From contig CM119268.1 of NCBI GenBank assembly GCA_051294375.1, positions 4,302,250 to 4,366,249 of the forward strand: DNA of 64,000 nt, written 5' to 3'. Position 1 is the stretch's first letter. Each line of letters begins with the position of its first letter. The notes below the pieces were generated by a model, which worked only from the letters and a program-made list of their open reading frames with translations, was not told the origin of the DNA and did not search any database. This document shows, piece after piece, positions 38,332-52,100 of this stretch. Position numbers and translations under genes: made by a program. The stretch is from Paraspadella gotoi. Lineage: Eukaryota; Animalia; Chaetognatha.

Positions 38332-38779
38332 TTTTTACAAAAATTTTTTAGATATAATGTGGGTTCACTAATGTAAAAAACGATGCCGCGAACAGGGCGC
38401 GAACCCGGGTCCTTTAGGTAGAGAATAGCTCACGCTACGTGCGGCGCCATAAGTACTGCTGATTCTTTAACGAGTAAAGGGGCTGTAGAGCTTCTCTCTC
38501 TCTCTCTTTTAATTATTATATATCGCTCTTTCTCTTTCTCTTTTCTCTGCAGCGGCTGTCTCTCTCTCTCTCTCTTTTTCTCTCTCTCTCTCTGTCTCTC
38601 TGTCTCTCTGTGTGTGTCTGTCCCTATCTGTCCGATCTTTTGCGTGATCGTTTGTTTTTTGAAAAATTCTGATTATTTTTTTCCTTCTAAAAACTTTTTA
38701 TTATTGCCATTTATTCCGCGCTTTTTTTCAATACAAAATCCCATATTTTCATCCGAGATTTTCGTGGATTTATTCTCTT

Positions 38780-38821
<42 letters not shown>

Positions 38822-38824
38822 TCT

Positions 38825-38866
<42 letters not shown>

Positions 38867-41597
38867 TTCACTCATACACGCATTTGTTTGTTTTATTGAC
38901 TATATCGCATCAATGAATGACAATCATCGCATCAATGAATGACAATCATCGCATCACTGAATGACTATCATCACAGCAGTGAATGACTATCATCGCATCA
39001 ATAATTGATTATCATCGAATCAATAATCAATTCCTATTACATCAATAAATTACTATTACATCAATCAATTAGTATTACCTCAATCAATTACTAGTACATC
39101 AACAATTCGTTATCGCATGATTCATTCGTTTTTTTCTCTCTCTTTTTATGCAATAGCGACGATCTTATGCTTTTAAGATTTTTTTAACTTGCATCATTTT
39201 TTCAACTTGCATAATTTTTTCAACTTGCATTCCGTCAAAACTTTATATCTAGCTTCTTCACTCACTTTCCTACCGGCTCACAAAATTTCATCTCAATCTA
39301 TCATGGGTTAAAATAAATAAAAAGATTCAAGTAAATGTGACTCATATTTTTTTCATTTAAACTCATTTCCACTGGTACGTTTCCACTGAAACTTTATATC
39401 AAGCTTCGTCATACGTTTTCCTACCCACACACAAAATTTCAACTCAATCTATCCATCCAATTATGATTAATAGGAGTATTTATTGGTTTAAAATAAGTAA
39501 AAAGATTTTAGTAAATTCGACTTATGTTTTTTCCATTTAAACTAATTTCCACTCACACGATTCCATCGAAATTTTATATCCAGCTTTATCACACACTTTC
39601 CTACCCACACACAAAATTTAATTCCAATCCAACCAGCAATCACGAGTTATTGGAGCTTTTTGCTAAGATGGGACGGATGGACGGATTGATTGACTAATTA
39701 ATTAATTATGATTAATTTATTTACTAATTGATTAATTAACTGATTAATCATTTTGATTTATTAATACATCCTGCAGATACATTTAATATAAAAGGAAAAA
39801 GAAGCATAATCAATTAGTAAAACAGGTTTTTTGTTTTTTTCCATTTAAACTCATTTCCACTCAAACTATTCCATCGAAACTTGATTTCCTGTTCAATCAC
39901 ACACTTTCCTACCACATACAAAATTCAGGTCAATCAGCCCATCCACTCATGAGCAATTGGTGTTCAAATAGTGAATATATTTTTTTTGTTTTTTCCATTT
40001 AAACTCATTTCCACTCGGACGATTCCATCGAAACTTAATATCCAGCTCAATCACACACTTACCTATCCACACACAAAATTTCATTTAAATCCATCCATCC
40101 AATCACGAGTTATTGGTGTTTTTTGCTAAGGTGGGACGGACGGACGACGGACGGACAGACAGACGGACGGACGGACATCATTTTTTTGCATAATTTATCA
40201 TAATTCGATGTTCTGACATGATATAAGAGTGTGCCCGACAATATTGAGGGGCGGACCGACGGACCGAAAAAGTGAGTTATAAAAAGTGAGTTATAGAGTC
40301 GGGATCTGCTGATAAGCAGATCCGACTAAAAAAACAAAAAAAAAAAAACACTTTGATGGAGAAAAAAAATCTGGCGTGCGTCCGTCGTCGCTGCTGCGGC
40401 TGCTACTGCTGCTGCTGTTGTTGTTTATCGCGTTTTCTCGGAAAGACAGATGAATAAAGTTTTTTATTTTTTATTTATAAATTAATTCTGATAATACAGA
40501 GATGAAGAGCAAATTTCAGAAAATCCGTATTGTTTATATCATTTTTTCTTAAATTTGATTTAAATTTGAATTTTAATATCTGCAATGATTGAAACAATAC
40601 ATTACAGTCCTGTGCACAAAAAAATAGGACACTCTTTGAACTTAAAATGCGCTCGTTTTATTATAAAAAAATTATTAATGATAAATATAGATTTTGAAAT
40701 GGAGAAATCCATATGTGTAAGATAAAAGAAAATCGGTCTAAGCATTCAAGAGCTGTAGCTCCCGAAAGACAAGTGGTCAAAAACATTCATAATTTTAGTC
40801 ACTACAAAAAACTATTTTTGAAAATCTGCCAAAAACCGAAGATACTATTTAGCCTTAATTATGGGCATTGTATATATGTTTTTAAAAAAAATATGAATGG
40901 GAAATAAGGACTTTTGAAAAAGGAATCCATTTGTGTAACTTAAAAGAAAATCGGTACTGTAATTCCGCAGTAACAGCATCTTAAACACAACAGGTTAAAA
41001 ATATCTTAATTTTCCTCTGCTCTGATATTCTGTTTGAGTAGTTAGTAGTTGTAACCTAGTGATTATTTTTTAAAAAATCACTGCTTCGTAAAGGATTGCC
41101 ACGTATAAACCAAATTTACATCAATAGTTACTTTTTCCATGAATATTATTCACTTATAATATCTTTAATTTTAAAAGAATTTAACTAGATTTATTTTCAT
41201 AATGTTTTTGGGTGTCCCCTTTTTTTGCACAGGACTGTACATAGAAATTCTTACAGCGACCGACCGACCGAGACTCAGGTTTTAAATCTCGAAACAAAAT
41301 TAACGATTTTTTTGGTCAAAACAAAATCGGTCGACTAAACAACAACTGAAGCGACATTCAAGACCAAAACAACGACGAGGACATTCACAACAACAACGAC
41401 AACAATGGCAACACAACGACGGATCTTGAATATCGGGGGGGGTGAAAGATCGGTCTCAGCAGGTGAACCTGTCCGGTTGATCTTTTGGAAATTCGCAAGG
41501 ATATTAGATAATTTGTGTGAAGCTTCTCTCTCTCACTCTGTCTCTGTCTCTTTCTCTCTTTTAATCTGAAAGCAACTCCTTCCTTTCTTTCCTTTTT

Positions 41598-41629
<32 letters not shown>

Positions 41630-41741
41630 TTTCTCTTCTTTCTTCTTCTTTCTTTCTTTCTTTCTTTCTTTCTTTTTCTTTCTTTCTTTCTCTTTTTTTT
41701 CTTTCTTTCTTTCTTTCTTTCTTTCTTTATCTTTCTTTCTT

Positions 41742-41802
<61 letters not shown>

Positions 41803-42110
41803 AAGATTAAACGCTGGCTATTTCGCTCTATTACATTCTTATGGCCTCTCGCGGCCATTTATTACATCACTGATTGCTTCGGTTTTTCGGTTTTTCTCGC
41901 TTCGTCAAGGCAGAGATTTCCCCCTTCGCCAAATTACATCCAGGATCGAGTCGATACATTTCCCTATGTAATACGGAAAAAAAGCATTCACCCGTATGTA
42001 CTTAAGAAACTTGATGGAAATTCATGATATTTGATCCTCGACGTAATGAGCTGTCCGTGAGCGATTTCCGTTCTCCGCGAGGAATTTTGAATTTATTTCA
42101 CAAGTGTCAC

Positions 42111-42145
<35 letters not shown>

Positions 42146-43034
42146 NNNNNNNNNNGAGTCAATGTCGTTTATCAGTCTTTACATTGACACTACCTTTTTT
42201 TTAATTAATTTTTTTTAATGTTGGAAAATACTTTTTAACTTACAAACTTGTCTTTTAACAAAAAAAATTAATATGATTCCAAGTAGAAAAAAAAGAGCTA
42301 ATTTGTATGAGTCTCCTGGTTTCTCGTTTCAATCCATTTCAGTCTTAATGTCCTCAACTTCTTTTGCATTTTCTTTCCATTTTTCTTTCTTCTCCATTTT
42401 TTCCCTCTCTTCACATTTTTAAAGATTTTCTTCCTAAGCATTTATAATTCTTTTTTTTAATTTCTTTTTTAATTTTTATTTTACTGATACTGAAATTCAC
42501 CCTAATGGATTAGTTTCGTATTTATTTAGCCACATTTTCGAAGAGCGACCCATTTTATCTCAATTTCGGAATCGGGTTAATTTTTTAAGTTAAAGATTAG
42601 GTTAAAGGTTAGGGTTAGGGATAACGTTAGGGATTAGGTAGGAGATTAAGATTAGGGTTAAAGATTAGCGTTTAAGGTTAGAAGTTTGGGTTAAAAAATT
42701 ATGGAAAAGGGTTTAGGGTTCACGATTATTATATTGTTTGGGATTTAGGTTAAGGATTACGGTTAGGGATTGGTTTATATACCGGGATAAAGGAACAGAA
42801 ATGTGGCGCTCTCGGAAAAGAGAGCCCTTTATTCTTCTGTCTTTTGTCAATTGGATAATTTTAAGTCGGTCAGTCCTCCTGTCCTTTTGTAGACCAAAGA
42901 CACAAAAGAATAAAAGCAAAAAAAAAAACAAAACAAAAAAACAAATCAGCTAGAAAAAACAGAAACTGAGGCCGTAAATAGAAAAAAAATTCATTGTGTA
43001 AATACGATTAAGTAGGAGGCTTTTCCTTTTTCCT

Positions 43035-43093
<59 letters not shown>

Positions 43094-43102
43094 CTCTTTT
43101 TT

Positions 43103-43186
<84 letters not shown>

Positions 43187-46100
43187 TTAAATTTTTCTTT
43201 TCTGGTTGCACAACGAGGCCTTGATTGCTAATCGTGATTTTCTTTTCAATTTTTTTTTCGCTAAAAAGAACAAATTGAAATTTGTAATTTTTTTTATGAA
43301 TTTTTTTTAAAACACCTCAGCTTCATTATCGAAATTTAAAAACATACAAACATACAGATGAATATACACACAACTGAGAGCTTAACCATAACTAAAAATT
43401 TTTTGGTTAAAAAGTTTCTTTTATACATTGCGAATTTAATTTTGTTATGAGCTTTTATTGTAAATTTAAAATGGTTAAAGAAGAGGTAGAGAAACTCGTT
43501 TTATTTTTCAAGTATATTAAGTTCAAAATTTAAATTTTCCTGGCTTCTCAACCTCTAGAGACCAAAGCTAAGTGAAAAACTCTAAAATTAAAATTCAATT
43601 TCTAATCATCGGTCGGTGCTAAAATCGCGATGTTACGGCGGTTTTATCGTCTCCCCGCAGATACAGGGTGATGCAAGAAAAAAATTTAATCCCAACGGGC
43701 GTAACCGGGAAAAGGCAGAAGAACCCGCTTCCGAAGAAGAGAGAAAAGGAGAGACGGAGAAGAGAGAGAGAGGAGAGACGAAAAGAGCGAGAGNNNNNNN
43801 NNNNNNNNNNNNNNNNNNTTTTGTTCTTGCCGTCTTTGTCTGGTCTGGTTGTTTTGTTGTGAAATAACTATTAGCTTTTGGCGAGTCGTTTTTTTTGTTT
43901 TTTTTGGTGGTGTGGGTGTGTTGTCTTGGTCCCACTCTTTGCTTTGGATCAAAACGACTGTGTGACGCCATAAACGAATAGCGAATGGTGAAACTTTCAT
44001 TTCACGACGTAAAAAACTGAAGTACGAATCCTGTAAAACGAATGACTATGAGATAAAAGGCTTGGGTAAATTGTTGGGTTATGGACCACTTAATTCGATC
44101 TGTAAAATAACGAAAAAGACAATATTATGTCGCTACCTAAGTAAAACGAACAGAAGTATTATTAAATGAATATGATTTTCTAAATTATCTAATTAATTTC
44201 TTTTTGCGAGAAAAATTGGCCGTGGACCTCCGTGCATTCGACTGGATGAGGAACTGAACCGGTTCGTGGATCAATAAAAGAAAAAATTTTCGAAAAAAAA
44301 TTTAGGCAAAAAACGCTAGTCCGCAAAAAATACAAAGGGAGTTAACTACGCGTAGTTAATTCGTTAAGTTGGGGAGAAATTGTCCCGCCGCAGCGAAGGA
44401 AAATGCTGTCTTATAATATTCCCCCGAGCGTAAAAGTCACGAAGAACGCGTGGGAAAAAAGGCAGTGATGGTAATAAAATCACTGTTTCTCTGGAGATAA
44501 TCGATAGCGTAACAGATTCGATTGATTAGCTGAGGTTTGAACCTGTCGAAAACCATACATGACAATTAACTAAAAACACTTAAAAATTAAAAATTTAACT
44601 TAAAGCAGTTAATATATATATATATATATCTATAATAAAAGTCCAAAATTAATTTAAAATTAAGAAAAAAGGTAGCAATTCTATCTGCTGTCTATTCTCA
44701 GATAATGTCTCGTCTCCGTATCAAGTTGCCTCTACGCCGGACAGCTGTTGCTTTCGAAATTTCGTTAGATTTAACACCGTAATCGTTCGTCACGATCCGG
44801 TAGCGTCACGTACGAACAGGAAGTGTGCGTCTTGCTACGCAGTTGCGACCCGGATATTGCGTGGCATTCATCACACGTGGATAAATGGTGGAAGAAATTC
44901 GCACGCGTGAGAAAATATGGGGCGTGGCTGACCTTAGCCGATCGAGTTCGATGCTAGTCTGACTGTTATTGCATAAGAAAAAAAATCGTAAGTGGCTTGG
45001 GAAACTAAATATTTCCGAATGAGTCAATATAACTGCATAATTTGCGGTTGGAGCGTATACTGGAATATGATGAATATTATGTAACTGTTTAATCTCACCG
45101 TAAAAATTCGCTGAATATATGAATCGCAACGAGTAGACGGAGGTACATAAAAATGTAAGAATTCACTAAATAGTTACAAAATATATTAAAATGATTTGCG
45201 AATATGTGTCAATTTAGGCAATAATATAAAAATTTTGGTTCCAAGCAAATGAGAGGCTGGTACGTTGTTGGGCGCTGTATCTTACCGTCTATCATGTATT
45301 CGGACGAGCCTCCAACATGAACCTCCCCGCCTAGCTCCATGAAAGTAACACTTTCTCGACAATGTTTTGTTTAGGCGAGGTATCGTGTACTCAAACGTAA
45401 AACGTGAACAAAGCCAGGACTCCGTCATAAGTGCGTCCCCTATTGCCGATCAAAAAGTCGACATAGTTTGGCAGAAAATTCGAAACAAACAACATACATA
45501 AAACGTAAATGAAATGATCAAGACAAGAAAAATTTTGGCATTGAAAGTCTTGGGGCCCTTCCCGATGAAAAAAGGCTTGCTAAAGTGCAGCAAAAATAGG
45601 AATCCGCCGGTGAACGCGATCTAAAAGAAAATGATCTAGAAATATATACAATTTCGCCGCGTTTTAAAGCAGGAAGCCGAATCCGGTATTTCCGGAGTCG
45701 CAACCCATAACTCCCGCCACAGGAAGAATCAGCTTTTCAGCTGAATTTGAAATAAAGCAGAAAAAGCGATAATAAACGAAGTAAAAATAAAACTATTGAT
45801 TAAAAATGAAAAAATAGCTAAATCTGCAGACAAAAAGGAAAGACGAGCTTTTAAGCTCCCAGAAAATAGAGAAATAGCCTTAGAGAAAGGCTTTAGCGCG
45901 CATCGTCAATAAATCAGCAAAAAATGCCTAAGGCCGTATCGTACGGCGCGGGGGCCTGTTAATCATTTAGAGAAAATTTTTACACCGAAAAGAGCAAGAC
46001 GGTGCTCGCGCTGTCTGACGGAGTTTAGATACAAATAAAACTTAATTTAATTGTAAATAATGAAAAATTGTTAATGGGCATATCAGGGTCAGAAAACGCA

Positions 46101-49100
46101 ACGCGATTTCATTAAAAACCCCTAATAAAAACGCTAACGGAGCATTGAAGAAGAATATTAAAACCACTAAATAATTTAAAAAACAACGCTACACGCGTAA
46201 GGCGTTTCTGAGATAGAAGTAACGGCATTGGTCCTTTTCTGGCACTGACCGCTGTGGACCATCAGCCTCTGAAGAATAAGAGAAATACCGTCGCAGGTAA
46301 ACTATGCAAAAGCAAAAACGAAAAACAAACAATTGGAGCCGAAGTGCAACTAATCAGGTTCGTGGGTTAAATAAATTAAAAGATTGAAAGCAGAAAAATC
46401 CCCAAAAAAAAAAAAAAATCAAAAAAATCAATATAAAATCAAACAATCAATACCTCGAAAAAAATTATGATAAAAAATCTGGTCCGTAAGAGACGGACGC
46501 AGATTGTCCTAAAAGTCCTGGCCGCGGTTACGGTCGCTGAGGAGACGCAATAGAAAATACCCTGGCCCGCGGTTACTGGACGCAGGTCTTGCGGGACGTG
46601 CACGCGTATGCACCGGAAAGCAAAATAAAATATAAATATTTTGGTTGGCCGTAGTAGCGGACGCAGGACGAAAAATTTATAGAAAAGATCAAAAAAACTA
46701 TATCGTAGCTAGAGATAAACTAAAGAAACCGTTTGTTCGTCGAACGTCGTCAAGATGAAGATTCCCTAGAGAGAACCATCTGACTTGCGGATGAAGCGAA
46801 CGAGCGACGCCAAACTATCCGATGTTTGTGTTCGGAAAGTAAAAGGCACGAAATAAAACAACTTAAGAAATAAACAGATATAACGGTATTTACATGGTTT
46901 GCGGAAAAATGTAGGATTAAAAACTACCTAGGTAGTTTATAATCAAAGGTACACTTTTGCGACTTTATCTTACACAATAGCACATTTAATAAATTGTTTA
47001 GGATGCCCGACTGGGGAAAATACGCCGTAGACTGACTAATTGCGGCGTAATATTAACTATACTTACTGGTGCCCAAGTTAAGCAAGGTAAATCACGTGAA
47101 CATCATAACCGACTACATATTTAAATAGCTGCAGGGCGATGTTTTAAGCAGGGGGAGGGAACGCTCCGTAACACCTCCAAACCTATTAACAAGTGATTCG
47201 ATGTGCCGTAATAAGATTTTAGCCCCATATGCTTCCAGAAGGGGAGGATGGGCTGTAACTTAAACCGTCCGCGGCAAAACAACTAAAAAAAAAAAAAAAA
47301 TCAAATCTCAAATAATCTCCCCCGCCGGGACCCCGACAGAGACACCAAGCTGGCTTGTCCCGACCATCGTACAAAGAGCGGGCGTCGGAATGGTATTCAA
47401 CAACTGCCCCTCTATACTGCTGCTTCAGAGACTCAAGGAATCGGGCGGCACTGTCGTGGCGGCCTTTCGCCTGTCCGCCGGGAGGAGCCCTTTCCTTTCG
47501 GCGATTGTCCCGGACGCCCCAGGAATACTCTCCGGACGTCACGCCAAATGCCCCGGTGGACAGTCTGTCATCTCTAGATCGGGTCTCAGTCAAGCGCACC
47601 ATCCCGCAGGAAGCGCCCTGAACCGCGTCCAATCCTCTTCTCGACGGCAGACTGGCTCACGCGGGCCCTGAAGCGGGAGCGCTCGCCGAACCCCCTGCCG
47701 CCAACTTGCCTCTGGCAACCGTAAAAGGGTCGCTTCGGACCGCCTTCTTCCTCCTTCTTCTTCGTCCTCCCTCTCGTGGCGTGGAACACAACATTGGCGC
47801 GTCCTCGTCCGACGTAAGGCCCGGCGGGAGCAGCTCCGGCATGGCAGCCGACGATCGGACCCGGCGCAGTCGAACAGCGTCACTGCGGTCAGCTACTAGC
47901 AGCCTGGATGGCGCTTCTTCGAGGTCGCATCTCTCCTCAGGGAATGATGCAATTCTATAAACGCTCCCCGTGCGTCCTCCTGGCCAAACCATTGAACCGC
48001 CTGAACAAGATCCGGACTTTGGCAGATCCGGCATGTTCCGCAGGGGCCGGCGGGAGTCCCTGCACATCGCTGCGGGCGAGTCCCGCAGCTTCCCCGAGTC
48101 CCTCCTGCTACTCTGCGTCGTTCTGCAGTTCCGCAGACCGGCCGCCGACGTCGAAACGCCCGGCAGGACGCTGGTTGAACAGGAACCCTGCCCTGGCTTC
48201 CGTCGTGCGGAGCAGACGATTGTTTGCCGATGACGCCGGAGGGTGCCCACGCGAGAAGTCGCCCCGAGTATGATAGTCGGTCCCGGATGGGCAGATCGCC
48301 AGGCGTTCCCATCTGGGCCGCCAGGCTTCCTGCGGCGTCGACGCTCGGTGGAGGGCCTAGCGCGGAGCCGGGGCGACGAAGGCCTCTGCCGGCACCCTTA
48401 TAGCTGGTACTAGGCGTCGTGACACCATAGCGTGTGGACTCTTTATCTTCCACGGTGGACGCTCCCACAGCCTGACCGCGAGAACGGGAACCCTTATCTT
48501 GCGCTGGGGATGGCGCGGGGTTTTCACCCGCCTTCCGGAAGAAGAGGAACGGCTTCCCGGCGTCGTCGTCTCCCCTTTCGGAAGGCGCCGGCGCCGTTGC
48601 AGACCCTGCGGCACATGCGTCTCGGAGTCTGAGTCAAGATTCTAAATCCGACTTAGCGGCGAATATTTCGCCCGTCGGCCACGTGTGAGGAGAGGTGTCG
48701 AGAATCGCAGGGCAATATTGCGTTGCCCATCACAGAAGCGGGGATCTCTGTAGGAGGTTGAGCAGGGACTTGATAGGCCGCTCGCCCTGAGAGCAGTGAG
48801 GCACTATCTGACCTCGGAGGAGCCCGGAAGAAGATGAGATCCTGTCGCGCCAGTACTAACCCAGCAGCCTTCCGCAACCCCTTCGCGTCGCGGCACCGCG
48901 CGGGTAATCTCCAGAGAAGCGTGTCCATTCACAGAGCGGCCCGATCACCATATGTTGACGCTGTTGAAGCTGCCAATGCTTGTCCCGGCAGGAACGGTGT
49001 GGGATGACGATTGAACAATTCCCGTCCGTCCGGGCACCAGAATGTGGCTCACCCAGCAGACACCTGCGCAATAGTAGTAGGCCTGCATTTTTCGAGCTTT

Positions 49101-52100
49101 GATATTAAATTAATAAAGTTTCTTTCGCGCGTGCAAAACTTGAACCTCCGATAGCGGACAGAAACAAGGACGGTAACTAAAACCTGAGAAAAAAGGGAGA
49201 AAAACAAAGGACGAAGCGACAAACCCGCCAACGCCCGTAATTGAAAACCCAGAAAATAATTAATGCAGGCAATTGAATAATGAAATAGGTTTTTCTTTTT
49301 TGCTTGTCAAAAATATTACAATAGGTCGCGAAACTTGCAAATTAAACATGGTCCGCGTGGTGGAGTAGTGCGCTGTAGGAGAATCGTGTGTGAGATTGTG
49401 AAAATGAATAAAGAAATCGAATAACGATTAAGCGACTGTACGCCAAAATTCCCAATTTGATGCTTATCCATAAAGTTTGAAATGTTCGTTACTATAAATT
49501 AAGTTATAACGGAATCGAGATTAATCCAAAAATTTACAAGCTTTTACTGTCAAAATCTGAAGAAAAAATTTTCGAGTAGGTTGGTCGCACTTACGAGAAA
49601 ATCGAAGAATAATGATGGGAATAAAATAATTTTTTTTTTAAAAACCGCTACTTCCAAGCAACTGAAATGAGATAAATAGGTGGTTAATTCTTAAAATTAA
49701 ACTGCTTACGGAAACAAAACAGTTCTGAAAAAATCATGTTGTCTTTAGAACAGAAAGAATTAAAAAGATCAATAAAATTCAAGTCGTGAAAACATTTAAT
49801 TCTGAATGTTCTGGTTTTGGTGGGTCAGTCCCTTATGGGGTAGAATTCGATCCGATTGTTTGTGTTGTGTTGTGGAGCGAAATCAAAGCAAAATTTTGGT
49901 AAAAAAGGGAAATTTCGGGTTTGTGTCGAGTCGACAGCTCTGAAAGAGTTAAGATTCGGTTTATTGGTACATGGGCAATGAATTGAATAAATAGACGACA
50001 AAGGAGTTTTAGTTCTTTGAGGGAGTGAGGTATTCGTTTTTTACTTCAACTCATGGCTAGTCCAAATCGGGACCGATGTTGTGTGTAGGTATCTGAGTGA
50101 TTTGTGTGGTTTGTGTTCGCGTTCAAAATATTTTTCCATTTCGGCAGTGATTGTCCGAGGAGCGAGTACGTCTGCGTCGGCAGACGTGGCGTGGTCGGTG
50201 TCGCCAATGGCACACGTCGTGCCTTGTGAAGAGTTTCTAAAACGCAAAGCCATCCACTTCGTTCCTTGACTTGTCTCGTTCGACAAGTAAAGGACGAGCT
50301 GGCCTGACTTTGAGATCCGGCTGCGTCGTTTGCCAACCGTTCGCGCGTGGAGATTAGGTAAATAATCGCGGAGAAAGCGTCGTCTCGAAATTGAGAAATT
50401 CAGATCCCCGCTTGCTTTATACTATCCAGACGCAAAGCATGCGCGGAGAGCACGGCGCCTGGTGGTGAAGACGACGGCGTCGTTCCTTATCGCGAACATC
50501 CTCCGGATATAATAAATCAGCTGGCGTTAAAATAGTATGGCCAATCTGTGAGTCATTCGCTGGCTTAATCGGTTAAAGGCCGGATCGATTGATGATTCCT
50601 CGCGGCCGTGATGACGGTGGCGAAAGCGTCTCCATCTGACATGCGACCTGTCGGGCCAAGTAGGTGCGTAGAGATGTCGCTTAGCCGAGCGAACCATCCG
50701 CCTCCCAAACTCCAACCTGTAGTGGCGGTCGTGAGTAGGCGGGGGCGAAGTCCCCCAGTCGAAGACCAAGGACAATGGAATTTTTTATCATTGTCGGTTC
50801 GGTTCATCTTCCTTTAACGGCGTCTGCGCAGGAGCTTTGTCGGCACCGTTTGAAATTGTTGCGTTATCGCTGAAGAGGTGCCGTATGTCCCGGGCCTTCG
50901 TTCCTTCGGCGCATTCGAGAGGCACATTTTTTGATGAAGGACGAAGTCGAGAGAGGAAATAACTCTTTGGTCCCTCAAGATGAACGGGCGCGAGAGATAT
51001 TAAGGCAGGGGTAAGAGGCCCACCGTGGTCTGGGTAGTCGCTTATGGTCGGGCACGGCGGCCGTCTTGAGTCGAAGGGCCCAGGGCGCTATCGAGGGGAC
51101 GCCAGAGCTGCGACGTCGCAGAGACGGTGTCGGCCCTGGGGCGTCATGGAAGCTCGGAGAGCCGGCGCCATTTTCTGTTGTTCCGGTGGCTTGAAGGTTT
51201 TTTGACAGTAAGAACGCGCATTTGGTTAGAGGAGCTCGACGGAAACAGCTTGGTCGGCGCGCCGGAGGATCCAAGTAACTTGCGTGTGCGTAGGTTGGTC
51301 AACGTTGCAGATATGCTCAATTCCCTCCCGCATGAACCGCTTGCCTCGGTCTTATGAAGCATCTCGGATAGAGAAGCCGCGAACTAGGTCGCGGTCGTCA
51401 GAAGGCAAAATTGATGGGATGTTTCGCGGCTACGAAGAGAGAAAGGCACTCGATCGCGGCGTTACCAACTTTACGTGGGATGAAGGCGTACGCCGAGACC
51501 GATTGTTCAACCGCGCGCAGAGATGTGCGACGAAGCAGGAGAGAGCAACTTAACACGACAGCCAGGCGAATTTTTGTTTGCCAATTCCTTTCGAGTTGCG
51601 GAAGCGTTGACATCCGAATTTTCCGACAAGCAAATTCCATCTCGGAACCGAAATATTTCAATTGAATCAAGCGAATGAGGTGATCCGCTGCCGATTCAAT
51701 ATCGACGATGTATGATTCTGAGAAATTTTCTTTGGCCGCAGATGCGTTGAAGTCCTTTTCCAAAAACGCAAAGGTCTCCAACACGCGCAGAGCAAACGCG
51801 GGTCTTTCGCGACGCGGGCGCCCAAGATGAAAAACTTGGCGGCGTAATCGAGCATTCACGAGATCAGCGAAAAAATGGGCGATGAAGGCAGGAGAAGCGA
51901 CGAGAGGGCGTCAATAGCCGCCCACTTTTTCCTGGGGCGACAGCTCCCGGAAGATCTTCGTTTTCACGGAAATCAAACACCGTTTGATCGGGCGCAAGTG
52001 ATTCCGGTACCAAAGAAATCAGGTCCACGTAGAAACTTCATGCCAATCATCCATTTTTTCCCCGCAGATAGTCCTCGCACTCGCAATATCCGCCGGATTT

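Noticed and set aside
35251-38351. Many ER/SL/FL-rich ORFs
   Set aside because: Translations of (AG)n, (CT)n and (AAAG)n microsatellites.
42590-42772. Telomere or chromosome-fusion signature
   Set aside because: Only two or three perfect TTAGGG units, in a single orientation; degenerate interstitial repeat.
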